Positions 26,520 to 40,416 of a DNA stretch of 64,000 bases are shown piece after piece. The DNA comes from Eledone cirrhosa (taxonomy: Eukaryota). The notes beneath the pieces are model-generated. The model was given only the letters and a program-made list of their open reading frames with translations, did no database searches and was not told where the DNA came from. How positions within the stretch are numbered: position 1 is the stretch's first letter; each line of letters opens with the position of its first letter. The stretch spans positions 205,282,001-205,346,000 of the forward strand of contig OZ024743.1 of the NCBI GenBank assembly GCA_964016885.1, written 5' to 3'. The translations under genes and the position numbers were made by a program.

Positions 26520-28020
26520 TAAGTCTATATCAATATGTAAGTCTATAGTCTATATCAATATGTAAGTCTATAGTCTATATCAATGTGTAAGTCTATATTA
26601 ATGTGTAAGTCTATAGTCTATACCAGTGGTTCTCAACCTTTTTTTACTCATGGACCCCTTTTCCCTTATTTTTTGGGGGGTGGACCCTTCATAGCTATTT
26701 GACATAAGAAAAGCTTATTCTATTTTTCACTAATAAAAAGTAAAGGGATTATATTAATAATCAAAGAAATAGTAACTGATTATGCTTTAATTTGAATGAA
26801 AACTAATTTAATGCAAATAAATTATTCTACAATTAAATTCTATGGAGCCTTTATGCACACTGGTAAATAATTCATAATAAACCATTTTAAGATAAGTGTG
26901 TGATTAGAAAAAAGAATGCAGATTTATTAAATGAGATCCCTGTGGTTGATGCTGCTCAGCGAGTTTCTTTATATCTGGTTTCATCGATGTTAATGATAAT
27001 CGAAGATCACCTTTTTTCACAATGTCAAGTCTATTGTGAACTTTTGATAACAAGTGAGAAACACGACTAAATCCTGATTCAACCAGGTAAGACGATGGAA
27101 AAGCAATAACGTAGAGCTGTGCTTTATCCCAGAGTAATGGGTACTTTGTAGCAATATCATTTGTTTTCTATATATTATACTTCCCATCTTTCATCACTTT
27201 GGAATTATTTCATCACTTTGGAATTCAATGGGGGCCCCTGCAAAGAAATGTCTATATCGGCAACATTAACTTGGAAAGGAATTGTCACCCAAGTTGGTAT
27301 ATCCATCATGAGTAGGTCACTAAACAGAGTTTGCATATCTTCGTGCATATTTTAATACCTCTTACCTTGCCACGATGGAGTTCAACATAAAACTGAAGTG
27401 AACTGCTTGGGTCATGTCGATTTTTATAGGCACTGAGAGTTAATAGTAGTATCGGAAATCATCCCTGCTACTGAAGATGTTAATGCCATTAATCCTTCCT
27501 CGATAAGCGCGGTCTCTTTGACCTTTTTCGTTGCCGATCAAAGGTCAGTGACTGTGCTAAGGAAGGTAGATATTTTCCCTAAAAATAAACATCAAATGTC
27601 ACCGCCTGCACCCTGAGAAAAGATAAGAGATTTTCACCTTCGTTTCTTCTTGCTACTGACCAATGGGTGAGTAGCTAGGTCAAAAGGAAATACAAAAGCA
27701 ATAAAGTTAGGAAGAATCATTCATATATATTCTCTTTATTTCAATATGGTGTAAATTACAGTATAAATTTTATTTTTAGGAATAACAACCGTTTTGAAGT
27801 GGAATTGCTCCATGGACCACCAAAATATCACTGTGGACCCCCAATTTGTTATTTTTTGCCTGTGGACCCTGGTTGAGAACCACTGGTCTATACCAATGTG
27901 TAAGTCTATATCAATATGTAAGTCTATAGTCTATATCAATATGTAAGTCTATAGTCTATATCAATATGTAAGTCTATAGTCTATATTAATATGTAAGTCT
28001 ATAGTCTATATCAATATGTA
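26520..28020. repeat. 25-bp minisatellite split by a hAT insertion
   Basis: Unit AGTCTATAGTCTATATCAATATGTA at 26520-26623 and 27886-28020. Confidence 0.85.
26624..27885 (-). mobile_element. hAT (Buster/Charlie-type) internal-deletion derivative
   Basis: 15-bp TIR CAGTGGTTCTCAACC; 8-bp TSD GTCTATAC; minus-strand transposase C-terminus KYPLLWDKAQLYVIAFPSSYLVESGFSRV...RLDIVKKGDLRLSLT at about 26975-27160. Confidence 0.93.
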
Positions 28021-28124
28021 ATCACTGGCTACCATTAGACAACTTGGCTTGGTTTGCTTGAAAAGATTGTAATTAACTGTTTTAATTTTTTGCTTCCCAT
28101 CTCAGATTCAATTCCTCTTTGAAG

Positions 28125-28405
28125 GTGTGTGGCCTAGTGGTTAGAGTGTTTGGTTAGGGTGGTTGGGCTTTCAATTGTAATACTGTGGCTTAGGGGTTAG
28201 GGTAGTTGGGCTTTCAATTGTAATATTGTGGCTTAGGGTACTTGAGCTTTCAGCTGTATTATTGTAGCTTAGGAGTTAGGGTAGTTGAGCTTTCAATTGT
28301 AATATTGTGGCCTGGGGGTTAGGCTGTTGGGTTTCAACTGTAATATTGTAGCCTAAGGGTTAGGGTGATGGGTTTCAACTGTAATATTGTGGCCTAGGGG
28401 TTCAA
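28125..28405 (+). repeat. About 42-bp tandem repeat amplified from a SINE head
   Basis: Recurrent GGGTTAGGGTAGTTGGGCTTTCAATTGTAATATTGTGGC within a SINE-like copy. Confidence 0.65.
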
Positions 28406-30299
28406 TACATGTGTCAAGTTCAATACCTGGGTTAGGTGGTGCTTTGTGTTCTTCAATTCTTCAACAAAAACCCTTTGTTTCACATTGCTTCAGTTCACTC
28501 AGCTGAAAATGAGTACCAGTGATAGCTGGGAGTTTACCCTGTAATGGACTGGTGTCATGAACAGGGGAAAATTTTGTACTCTCAGTCTCTTAACACCAAT
28601 GAAACTGGAACACACTCTGTTCTAATAGACTTCAAGGCTTGAGACAGACTTTAAAAATGTTTTCAATAATTTCTGTATCTTCATATATTAGAGACTTTCA
28701 TGGTATTCTATTAGAACAGCATGGTAACAACTTCACATTTTCTGTTTCCCTCTCAAAAATAAAGGTCTGTCCCTATTCTAAAGAAATACTTTCTCACCGA
28801 ACTTAACAGACCATCAGGTTTGACATCACCATGTACCATTAATTTTTGGATGCCATAAAGCTTTTTGTTAAGAAAAATTAAGGCTGACTGACAAAGCTAA
28901 GTGTGAAATTTGAAATTTGAATTAAGGAAATTTTTGACATTACAAGCCAGGACGTTCTCGAATGAAAGGATGTCCCATCTGAAGACAAAGCTTTCCTTGA
29001 GACACAGCAGGACGATCGGATGTCATCATTTATGGCTGGTATTGAGACAGTGAGACAGTCAGAAGGAAAAAAAAAAAAAATTCATGATATGAAAGTAGAA
29101 AAGTTAAAGTAGGATGAAGAAGTCAAGAAGATGTCCAAGAAAGTTTTTCTATTTAGCCCCCAAATTCCTCTTGCATATTCTCATTTCATTTCATTCTGTT
29201 GTGTGGTTTTCTCATTGGATTAAATAAAGTGAACCGAAAAGACAATATATCACCAGCAAGATCCCAAAAATTGTCACGATAAAAAGATGTGAAAGTGTGC
29301 AACCTCTAAATATTATTCCATTGACCTATAATTCAACACACTTCATTATTTCATCAACACGAACACAGGCGTAATTGACATGAGGTGAGTGGTGAATAGT
29401 TTGTAAAATGTAACATCCGAATACACATACACACACATACACACACATATACATGTACACACACATATACACGAACACACACATTCACATGTACACACAC
29501 ATACCAGACATACTCATGAATCTGAAACAAGACTAAGGATTTAGTCAATATACATTATTTCTCAGAAATTATCACTTAACTTTTTAAAGCTCAAGTACCA
29601 GTTTTCCGTTTTATTTTAACAACACTTGCTATAAAGGACCTAAAAGAATTTCTCTTCTTCATCTTTTCTTTCTTTCTTCTTGTTTTATTGTTGTTCTATT
29701 AACTCTTTCATGACTTCATTTCTAATGAAATACACTCTATTTTAATTAATTAATGAAGAATTTCGAGGGATTTACTAAAATTATTATTAATTATTTCATT
29801 ACTAAGATGGTTACTTTATGTAAGGTTCCTATATAAAATTGTATAAAATCACCACCCCATCATCATACCCCCCCCCCCATTATCATCATCACCCTCACCA
29901 CAACCACCCTATCACCCCCCACCACTTTTAAAACCTGGTGGAGCCCATCTCTTCTCTCCAGGTTTGAATACAGCAGATTTCTTCCAGAAAAGAGTAGTGA
30001 ATGAGAGAATGGAAGTGAGAAAGAGTTATAGAAGAAGAATAGACCCCAGTAGTAGGCTAGTACTTTTTTATTGACCTCAAATGGATGAAAGGCAAAGTTG
30101 ACCTGGACAGGATTTGAACTAGAGAGCAGAGAGCCAGATTGAATACCACAAAGTATTCTATCAGATGCTTTAACGACTATTTGATAGATTATGTAGTCTT
30201 AAATACACTGTCTGAGGAAACAAAACAGGCTAGAAGGTCATTTGTGGATTGGCAGTGATCTCAGGACTGCTTAATGTGTGAGATAACCTGTGGTTAAAC

Positions 30300-30575
30300 A
30301 ATCACAGCAATAACAATAATAATAACAACAATCACAACAACAACAATAACAATAACAACAATAACAGCAATAACAACTATGTCTCTCACATACAGCAGGC
30401 CATAGAGTACCTATGAAGGAGGAGAAGGAGGAGGAGGAGGAGGAGAAGAAGAAAAGAAGAAGAAGAAGAAGAAGAAGAAGAAGAAAAGAAGAAGAAGAAG
30501 AAGAAGAAGAAAAGAAGAAGAAGAAGAAGAAGAAGAAGAAGAAGAAGAAGAAGAAGAAGACCAACAACAACAACT
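30300..30575. repeat. (ACA/ATA)n and (GAA)n microsatellites
   Basis: Direct reading. Confidence 0.9.
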
Positions 30576-31427
30576 GAAGTAAGGACTTTAAATGTGATAC
30601 AGTCATAGTTAGTTTTCTACTTTTCAAGAATGTCTTGCTAATGCTGTTTGATGTGGTACAGAATGTTAAGAGTTTGCCTCAAACCTGGAAAGATAAAATG
30701 TTCAGATGTCTTTGGTGAATTCTGAAGAACTCAAAAGAAGAAGATGAAGAAAAGATGAAAGATATTGTGTGTGTCATACTAAATATTTTGTCACTCGTCT
30801 GACCTCCATCTTATTGGAAAATATATTGATTGAAAGACATCAATGTAGAAGTAAATACAATGAATGTGCTGTACTAATATTTAGACTACTTTTGTCATAC
30901 GTTATCTCAGAAATAAAGACACTGTCTTGTTATATGACAGACGTAAAGACTAACTGATATTCTGTACTACAGATAAGTAACCAAAACACCACCTTAACTT
31001 AGGCACACAGAATATGTCACCCTCTCCCCTTCCCCCTCTCTTTCTTCCAGTGCCCAATAAGTCCTTGCTTTTTCCTTCCTTTTCTTCACATTTGTGGCAT
31101 TTATAGTTCTTTCTTTTACTTTCCTATACAACCAGATCTGTATGTATATACATGTATTTTTCTGTTTTACTATTTCTCTCTTTTCTATATTTTTCTCCTT
31201 TGGTTAAGCCCTTGCACACTCTATATTTGTGTAATTTGCCTAAAAGCATAACTTGTCTCTGCCTGTTTTGTTGTCACCCAATATGCACACGAATGAATGG
31301 TTTTGACCTTAATTTACCGAAACTGTAGTGATTTCCAGAGGTTGACTGAGGAGATGGGACTGCCCGTCTTTCTGTTGTTTTTTCCATTGCCTTTGTCCTG
31401 TGTGCTCCCCACTTTGAATATAACATA

Positions 31428-31711
31428 TCTTACAGAGCAGAGTATAATATCACATAAGAAATGGAGAATCAGTGGTGCGATGAATAAAATTTATTATACA
31501 TATTACAATCGTTTCTCTGGCGACCGGTTTGAGGCACAATCGATGCAATGATTGAACCTGACTCTGAAATCGCAAGATCCTCAGATACGTCTTGATTCTT
31601 TGTGCCTCGAGCTGGTTGCCAGAGAAACAATTGTAATATGTCTAATAAATTTTATTCATTGCACCACTGATTTTCCGTTTCTTATGTGATATTATACTCT
31701 GCTCTGTAAGA
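31428..31711. mobile_element. MITE with about 110-bp TIRs
   Basis: TCTTACAGAGCAGAGTATAATATCACATAAGAAA... / ...TTTCTTATGTGATATTATACTCTGCTCTGTAAGA. Confidence 0.8.
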
Positions 31712-32109
31712 GCATCAAGTGCTCAAACAGCCTACCGCATACGGACACTTTAAGCATCCCACACCAGTTATATATATAAAATTATAATATAAAATTATCT
31801 GTAAGTCCTCAACATAAATCGAGCCTTATAACATAAGTACTTGCTCTTTCGCTCCCTTACTTCACATTGATGGCATTTACAGTCCTTTACTTTACAGCCA
31901 GATCTGCCCTTCTTTACCCCTTCCGCTTGTTTTTTCATTGCTTAATTTTGTTTTTATCTTTTTTTTTCACATTTCCATCCTTGTATAATTTTTTTTGTAA
32001 AATATAGTTGACATATCTACTATATAAATTGGAAGTGGTCGGACGTTGTATATGTAGGTGTAGACAGATAAACGACGAAACGGCTTGGTGGAATGCAGCG
32101 AAAATTTAC

Positions 32110-32460
32110 ACAGTTATGCAGAATGACCCGAGGAGGCGTTGGGTCGACTTTCAAGCTACAAGCTTCCATGGTTACAGAGAAAATCGATGAAACAGGAATT
32201 TCCCTTTCAAATTGAACTGAGAGTAATCTGTGAACGCAGAAGTAAATATTTCGAGAAACGTTGCAACCAAAGGAAAACAGGAAGACGATATTTTGGTTCG
32301 TGAAGACGTTCCCTGGCAATGAATGGAAAAAAAGCAAGGATAATACGTCGTTATGTGGAGCGAGAAGAACAATTTCATGCAAAGACAAGACAAAGGTTAT
32401 GGTATAAATGGAGTCGTTAGACTAATATTCTATTTAAAATAACCGAAGGATTTCCAGCCC
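32110..32460 (-). mobile_element. Diverged relative of the Penelope-like element at 40417-42195
   Basis: AATCTGTGAACGCAGAAGT...AAACGTTGCAACC...GGTTCGTG..GACGTTC.CTGGCAATGAA shared with 40501-40740. Confidence 0.65.
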
Positions 32461-34472
32461 CGGAGTTTAAGAATGATGTAAATAAAATTGAAAACGAAAA
32501 TGACAGAGGTTATTAAAATAGTAAAAGTAAATAGTGAAGATTTAGGCCAGTACATACGTATGCCCCGACGGACATACACATACACACACACACGCACGCG
32601 CGTGCGCGTATGTATAAACCTTATGCATTTCTACAGTATTTTCACCAAACTTAAGACATAGGTTACTTATGTACTCCGGATGGTCATGGCCACTTTCATT
32701 TTTCCAGATATTGATTATAGGGCCTCCCGGTAGATAACCCCCTTTAACCACTTCCTTGGAGTCGACTGAAGAACTGCAGTGCAATGCAACAAAATGTCAT
32801 AACTTCTGGAGTTCGCAACCGATTTTCACAAAACTTGACACATGGGCTACGTTTGTCCTACAGATGAATGTGAACTCCCAGAATTGGCACATATTGAGTA
32901 GGGGACCCCTGGGGGCAGGAACCCCCTTTTGGAAAATGCCGATGATTTTGTAAAAGTATAGTTTTCGAAGCAGCACTGAAGTATTGACATAAATGGTATA
33001 CATAACTGCTATTTAATACCCGAGCAATGCCGAGTACCTCTGCTAATGTTTATATATAACAGATAACAAAATATTTCCATCATTGTATAACTGCTGTCTG
33101 TAAAATATAGTTGTTATAATATGTCTATATATAACAGATAAAATATTTCCATCATTGTATAACTTTTGTCTGTAAAATATAGTTGACATTATAAAAACCA
33201 TAGCTATTTGAAGTAACTTGCTATAAGATAGTAGGAAAACTAACACATATTTATTTGGTTGTTAATTCTATTGTTTAAGAAAAGAATTAAAACTATTCTT
33301 AATCTTACTTCTTAGCAGTCTGTAGGAAAGGATTAGTTTCTACTATATCAGCTTACAGTCTTTGATAATTAGATAATATTTGTCGCATCTTAAAATAATA
33401 ACAAAAATAAACAACTTAAACAAAACAAAACAAAACAGCTAAATCTCTCTATTTAATAGAAGAAGCTTTTGAAAAGTGAGTCTGGACTTGTATTTTCTAG
33501 AGTGATTTAGAATCAAAGTCACTTTTTCTCTCTTTCTCTCCCCCTCTCTCTATCCCCTCCTCTATCTCCCACTCTCTATCTTTCCCTTACAGCCTTCTCT
33601 CAATCTCTCCCCTCTCTCTATCTCTCCCTCTCTTTCTATCTCTCCTTCTAACCACCCTCTCTTTTTCCTCACTTCCTTCTTGGGAGGGTTGGGAGGGCCC
33701 TTCAGTCATATCAAGGACATCGCAACCTCCCTAGTGTTGGTGATCTACACGATAAAAACACCAGTACACTTTGTAAAGTGGTTGGTGATAGGAAGGGCCT
33801 CCAACCATAAGCTTGCCAAACAAAGGGTTAGGAGGACCCTTCAGTTTGTGTCAAAGATATGACAACATCCCTAGTGCTCTTGGTAGAATATGAGACCATA
33901 TGTAAGCAAGATAACAGACCCCTAGCCTGTTTGGGTGGTCAGTAGCCCTGCTTTAGTACTGACTTGGTCTATGTAGACCTGTCCAACCCTTGCTAGCAGG
34001 GAAAGTGGACATTAAAACGATGATGATGATGATGATGATTATCTCCACCACCCATCACACCAACTTTGACAACCAAAAATTTGAAAAAACAATAATAAAC
34101 ATAAAAATAAGGTCCTGGTACTTTGGGTTTTGTTATCTAATTTTTTATGATTTTTTGTTTATTTACTTCTTTAACTAAGTATAATTTATACACTTCATTA
34201 AGAGGTCATGTTCAGATTACTGTCTAGCAGAGACAATTTTCCTCTGGGGTTAGGATATGTCTACAACCTTCAACCTCCAAGACGCATGGTAGATTTTTGA
34301 GACTTATTTTAGGATAGAAATAGCGCCTTCGACTGGGAAATACAATAGTTTTTATGTGATGTAATTCAGTCATGTGATGTAATTCAGTTTTGTAATTTTA
34401 AATAATGTCTTTCATGTAGTTTGTTAATTCAAATATTTATAGTATCTTTACTGTGGAAATGTGCACTATTAA

Positions 34473-36789
34473 GCCTTTCATGACCACAGTTCTAATGAAA
34501 TACACTCTATTTTTATTAACTAATGAAGAATTAATGGACATGTGGTTAGAAAGTCTCAGGAAAGAATTGCTGGACAGATTTTACGGGTAAAACCAACTGA
34601 CAAGAGACCCAGGGGTGGACCCTGAGCAAGATGGTTGGATAAAATCCATCAGCTCAGCTGGTCTCATTTGGCGATCCTGCCGGATCAGTTGCTTCTGACA
34701 GTACCTGCTGGAAGAAGAAGAAGAAGAAGAAGAATCTTCTTCTTCTTCTTCTTCTTCTTCTTCTTCTTCTTCTGCCACTTATTCCTGACAGGACTATGGG
34801 GTGGAAGAATCCTCAAACATTTTTCAGGGTGACTCTTTATCACCGCTTTTATTCTGCATCGCACTTATACCATTAAGTAAAATGCTCAATGAAACAAAAC
34901 ATGGATATAAAGTCTATGACAAAACCATTAATCACTTGTTCTACATGGATGACCTGAAACTATTTGCAAAAAATGATGAACAATTGCAAGAGCTATTATC
35001 CACTGTGGAGCAGTTCAGTGATGACATTAAAATGGAGTTTGGACTAGACAAATGCGCCAAAGCAACGTTCACCAGAGGAAAGCTGCTGAAGAGTTCAGAC
35101 ATTAATCTTGATCGGGGGAACGTGATAAGAGAACTTGATCAAGAAAAAACTTACAAATATCTAGGTGTTTGTGAAGGAGACGGAATCAAGCACTCGACAA
35201 TGAGGGAAAGGATAAGGAAGGAATGTTACCGCAGAGTAAGAGCAATCTTAAGAACGGAATTGAATGCAAGGAATAGGATCGATGCCATAAACACGCTTGC
35301 CATACCAGTAGTAACCTACAGTTACAATGTCATCAACTGGTCAAGCACAGAGATCCGTAGGCTCGATACAAAAATTCGAAAACTCTTAACCATGCACAGA
35401 ATGCATCACCCTAAGGCAGATATAGATAGAATATATCTCCCTAGGAAAGAAGGAGGACGTGGGTTAATCCAGTTAGACATTGCGTTGAAAACTGCAACAA
35501 TTGGATTATCTACATATCTATGGGAATCACATGATTGGATGATCAAACTCGTTTTGAAACACGAAAGCATCAAAAGATCATATTCCATTACAAAAGATGC
35601 ACAAAGATACAGTAATGGACTACAAATTTCAGAAGTCCCATTTACTGCTGAAATGGAAAACACAGAAAAAGCAAAGCAGGTAAAAGTAACTGCAAAGAAA
35701 GAACTGCTACAGAAACTGGCTAAGAAATGGCAAGAAAAGCCTCTGTATGGAAAATACCCAGAGCGAGCTAACAATCCTGATGTTGACAAAACTTTAACCC
35801 ATCAGTGGTTGGCATCCTCTGGACTGAAATCGGAGACTGAAGGACTGATTATATCAGCACAAGGTCAGTGTCTGCCAACAAAAAATTACCAAGCCAACAT
35901 AATAAAAAATGGATGCAGCCCATTATGCCGTGTATGCAAAAAACAACCAGAGACCATTGACCATATAATTTCAATGTGCAGTCCTATAGCTCCAACCGAA
36001 TACCTAAACAGGCATGACAGAGCTGCACAATACATACATTGGATAATGTGTAAGCATTTTGACCTGCCCCATCAAAAGAATTGGTGGGAGCATCAACCAC
36101 CTCCCATACTGGAAAAAGATCACATCTCAATCTTGTGGAACTTTAGCATCCAAACAGACCGAAAAATAGATGCAAATAGACCTGATATAATATTGAAGGA
36201 CTTCAAAAAGAGGGTATGCCTGCTAATTGATATGTCTGTTCCAATAGACAAGAATGTATCTATAAAAACATTTGAAAAATTGAGCAAGTATAAGGACCTG
36301 GAGATAGAAATTTGAAAAATGTGGAAATTGAGAACTAAAACAATACCAGTGGTTGTAGGCGCTCTGGGAATGATACCTAAGGGGTCTAATGATTACTTAT
36401 CGCAAATCCCAGGAAACCCGCGTATAGGAGAAATACAAAAGATAGTACTAATGGGAACTGCCCATATACTAAGGAAGATTCTGTCAATATAAGTACATCA
36501 CAAGTCTAAACACTAAAGATGCATGTGTGAGTATGTATGTTCTTTCTTGAACATGGCGGACCTTGTTGTCTCTTGAGGTCACTGGTTGTGACTTGGTGAT
36601 AACTCGTATGAACATAAAGCAAGATAAATGGAACTGTAATAATAATAATAATAATTTCAATGGATTTATTAACAATATTAATTATTTCATTACTAAGATA
36701 GTAACCTAATGTAAGTGGAAAACCTTTAAAATGGGTGATTTTATTTCATAGAACCAGAGCTGGTTTTGACTGGTTTGGCAACAAAAAGG
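34473..36789. mobile_element. piggyBac-type MITE interrupted by the block 34533-36655
   Basis: TTAA at both ends; halves align with the uninterrupted copy at about 29700-29825 and with the end of 23856-24075. Confidence 0.55.
34818..36655 (+). mobile_element. 5'-truncated R4/Dong-like non-LTR retrotransposon (RT plus restriction-like endonuclease)
   Basis: IFQGDSLSP, YMDD, KEGGRGL, CCHC (CRVC..ETIDHI..C), RHD, RPD..D, EKLSKY; premature TGA 36313-36315; (TAA)n tail. Confidence 0.92.
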
Positions 36790-37152
36790 TTAAAGTAAAA
36801 ACTTTAATTATCAATGCTGTTTTATAATTTTCAATAATGTTTTGCTAATGTGGTTTCATGTGATACAGGACATGAAGTGTTTAAGTGTATCTAGGACTAG
36901 ATTAACTAATGTACCTGTTATGTTTTAAAGATACCACTGGAAGGGATTTGGCAGCTATTTCTAGCACAGTAACTAACCAGAACTGGCTGTAAATACCCAT
37001 TCAGCATTAGTAACCTCCAGGCTATGTTGATTGTTCACAATATAATAAGTAGCCGAGACACGGAAAGTTGGTCTTAAGAAAATATCTCATATATTTCTTA
37101 GTTGTAACACGTCACTGGGGAGTTTGGTTTCGATTTTTAAAAATAGTTTTTA

Positions 37153-37179
37153 CTGCTGCTGCTGCTCCTGCTGCTGTTC

Positions 37180-37228
<49 letters not shown>

Positions 37229-37318
37229 CACTGCTGCTGCTGCTGCTGCTGCTACTACTACTACTACTACCACTGCTGCTGCTGCTGCTGCTGCTGCTGC
37301 TACTACTACTACTACTAC
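37153..37318. repeat. (CTG/CTA)n microsatellite
   Basis: Direct reading. Confidence 0.95.
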
Positions 37319-37864
37319 GTGAGTTAAGGCATTACTCTAAAACTTCTCCGATGAAGGGCATCACCCCAAAACGTTACCCGTCCCCTTAGCCTCTCATCAC
37401 ATTTTCTTATTTCTGAAATGCTTCATGCTAAATATAAACTATCTTTGTATTTTGAGGGGCGAAGGGGGGGGGGGGGGGCGTTATTATTATTGATGAGCTG
37501 CAGGTCAGCTCTCATTGACCAAACCTATCATCAAAGCCAGTGCTGGATTTACCGTCAGGGCAAATAAACTATAGCTTAGGGCCGCACACCATTGGGACCC
37601 TTATTTAATAGAATATACCCAGTTAACTGTGTAAAGTGGTTGTGCTGGTATCACAAAAACACTGTACTCAGTAAACACTCTAAAGTGGTTATGTTAGGAA
37701 GGGCATCCAACCATAGAAATCATGCCAGATATGTAATGTATGAACAAAATGAGGTCACTCCGATATGTCTGGTCTTGGATTGTGACAACCCTTCCAACAC
37801 ATGCCAGTGTGGAAAGTGGACGTAAAATGAGGATGGTTAGATTTTTTAAATTTAATACCTGTAA

Positions 37865-38894
37865 CATCATCATCATCATCATCGTTTAACGTCCATATTC
37901 CACGCTTGCATGGGTTTGGACGGGAGGTTTCCCACTTGAGGCAAGAGTGGTTGTCTTGCTCGCATAGGACTGTCTGGCGGGTTTTCTACGGCTGGATGCC
38001 CTTCCTAACACCAACCACATTTACAGTGTGGAACTGGGAGGTTTTTACCGTGTTACCTACACGGCCACATTACAGCGTGGACTGTGTGTTTTTTTGTCGT
38101 GACACCTACACGACCTCATTTGTTTCGGCCTGGATGTTGTGGTACCAACATAACTTTACATTGAAAGGGGCGGTGTGGATGGGGTGGGGGTAGTGGGACG
38201 GGGGTGTATTTTGTTAGAGGTGCCTACTGACTGTAGTAGGTTTCACTTTCTACTTAGGTAAGGCGGGTCTTCTCTATTACTGAGTACCACCAAAGGTCTC
38301 GGTCCAGTGACATTGTCTTGGAGAGGTGTAAGTGTGTGAGGTCGGAATTTATCAAGTCATCCCAGGTTTTTCTGGGTCTGCCTACTCCGTGGCTACCGTC
38401 TATTTTTATTGCCCTACACTTTTTTATACAGCTGTCGTCTTTCATGCACATCACGTGACCGTACCAATGTAGTCTTCTCTCGAGTAAACAACATCTGATC
38501 CCTCTTATTTCTAATTTTTCCCTTAGTTCGTTAATGCTTTGCCGTTCACGTATATTACTATTACACATCCAGCGGAGCACGCAAGCTTCGTTCCTCTCTA
38601 GTCTGCGTATATCCTCTGCACACAATACCCAGGTCTTACTGCCATGTAACATTGCTGTTCGTATGCAGGCATCACACAGCCTGCCTTTCATTTTTAGGGA
38701 GAACCCTTTAGCGGCTAATAGTGGTATAAGCTCTCTGAACTTTTTCCATCCAGTTCTGACTCTAGCTACTGTACTTTCAGAGCACCCTCCCCCACTGCTG
38801 ATTTTGTCACCCAGGTAACGGAAGCTGTCCACTATTTCTCTAGAACCCTCTGTGCAATTGAAAGAGCTAGTATTCTGTGGGCACTTGCTGCTAC
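37865..38894 (-). mobile_element. 5'-truncated RTE copy, nested in a MITE fragment
   Basis: Reverse complement of the RTE C-terminus and 3' UTR with (CAT)n; flanks match the MITE at 45-315. Confidence 0.93.
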
Positions 38895-38934
38895 AACTTA
38901 ATTACTAGCATCAAGCTAACTTTGATATGTAAAA

Positions 38935-39695
38935 TTTTGATTTGGATTTCGCCAATGATTTGGTATTATTGGGAACAACATTGGACAAGTTCAAACAATG
39001 ACAACACAGAAGACTCTGCAGCAAAAATAGGACTCAGAATTAACAGAGAAAAGACCAAAGTGATGCAAGTTGGCCAGAAAGTTGCTGAGAAAGTACATAT
39101 TGAAACATAGGCAATAGAAGAGGTCAACCAATTCACCTATTTGGGCAGCATAGTCTCCAATGAAGACCTCACTGAGCTTGATGTAAACTGCAGAATTGGA
39201 AAGGTATCAGGAGTATTTCAGCTCATGAGAAGCATTTAGTCATTGCAAATAATCACAACTGTCATATATGGTAGTGAAACCAGGAAAATGACTGTAAAAA
39301 TTTTGAAGAAGCTCAATGATTTCCAACAAAGATGCCTAAGAAAAATCCTGAAAATTAGTTATTCAGACCGGATTATTAATGTAGAGGTGCTGAATAAAAG
39401 TAAACAGAGGCTACTGACTGACACCACTGCTGAATGGCACCTGAAACTGGCTGGACATATTCTGCGTATGTCTGAATACCAGAACCCCTCTCTAGCAATG
39501 AGATGGATCCCAGTCGGTGGTAAGCAGAAAAAAGAGAGTCCAAGAAAACCTGCACTCAACTTTCAAAGAAGATCTCAAGAAGATTGGACTGAATTAGGAA
39601 ATTACACAAGATGCTGCAGCTGATTATGTAAATTGGAGAAGACTCATTGCCCAATATGTCCCAGGGCATAGGAGGACCTAAGATTAAGCCTAAGA
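38935..39695 (+). mobile_element. Degraded RTE-like LINE of a different family
   Basis: AAKIGLRINREKTKVM, FTYLGS, IYGSET, FQQRCLRKIL, LAGHILRM fragments with stops. Confidence 0.75.
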
Positions 39696-39705
39696 TATAT
39701 ACATG

Positions 39706-39777
<72 letters not shown>

Positions 39778-39782
<5 letters not shown>

Positions 39783-40392
39783 TGCAGTGTGCAGGAAGGA
39801 GATTGCGTTGGTATGGACATAGGATGTGTATGAAGGATGACAGCTGTATAAAAAGGTGCAGAGCGCTCAAAGTTGATGGAAGTCATGGAGTGGGGAGACC
39901 CAGGAAGACTTGGGATGAGGTGATAAAAGCTGTCCTTGCCCAATTGCACCTCTCAAGGGCGATGACACAGGATTGAGATTTTTGGCATTATGTGGCAATA
40001 CAGAAGACTTGACATCCCACAGGCATAGGTCAAAGCTGAAGCATATATATAGCATGTACCACCCCCACTCCACCCTCCCATGCATCTCTTATGAGGACAG
40101 TCTGAAGCATACAGTCAGTGAAGCCACCAGCCCACACTGTAAAGTGGTTGTGATGGTGACATGACAAAAAGCATCCAGTCCACATTGTAAAGTAGTCGTG
40201 TATGTGTTATGACAAAAAGCTCCCAGTCCACACTGTAAAGTGGTTGGCATTAGGAAGGGCATCCAGCTGTAGAAACCAAGCCAGAATCAGTTCTATATGA
40301 GCAACACGTGGTCACCTGACTTGGCATTGCACACAACTCGTCTAACCCATTCTAGCATGGAAAAATGGACATTAAACAGTGATGACGATGAT
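39778..40392 (+). mobile_element. RTE 3' fragment (related subfamily)
   Basis: [25 protein letters not shown] then RTE-type 3' tail. Confidence 0.85.
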
Positions 40393-40416
40393 ACGCATAT
40401 ATATATATATATATAT

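Noticed and set aside
28150-28400. Interstitial telomere (TTAGGG)
   Set aside because: Isolated hexamers inside a SINE-derived tandem repeat, not a TTAGGG array
28925-29065. Short transposase-like peptide (FDIT..EDKAFL..MAGIE)
   Set aside because: Too short and interrupted by stops to assign
37345-37380. Hammerhead-like remnants here and at about 32140-32175 and 56890-56935
   Set aside because: Core nucleotides mutated and stem I missing
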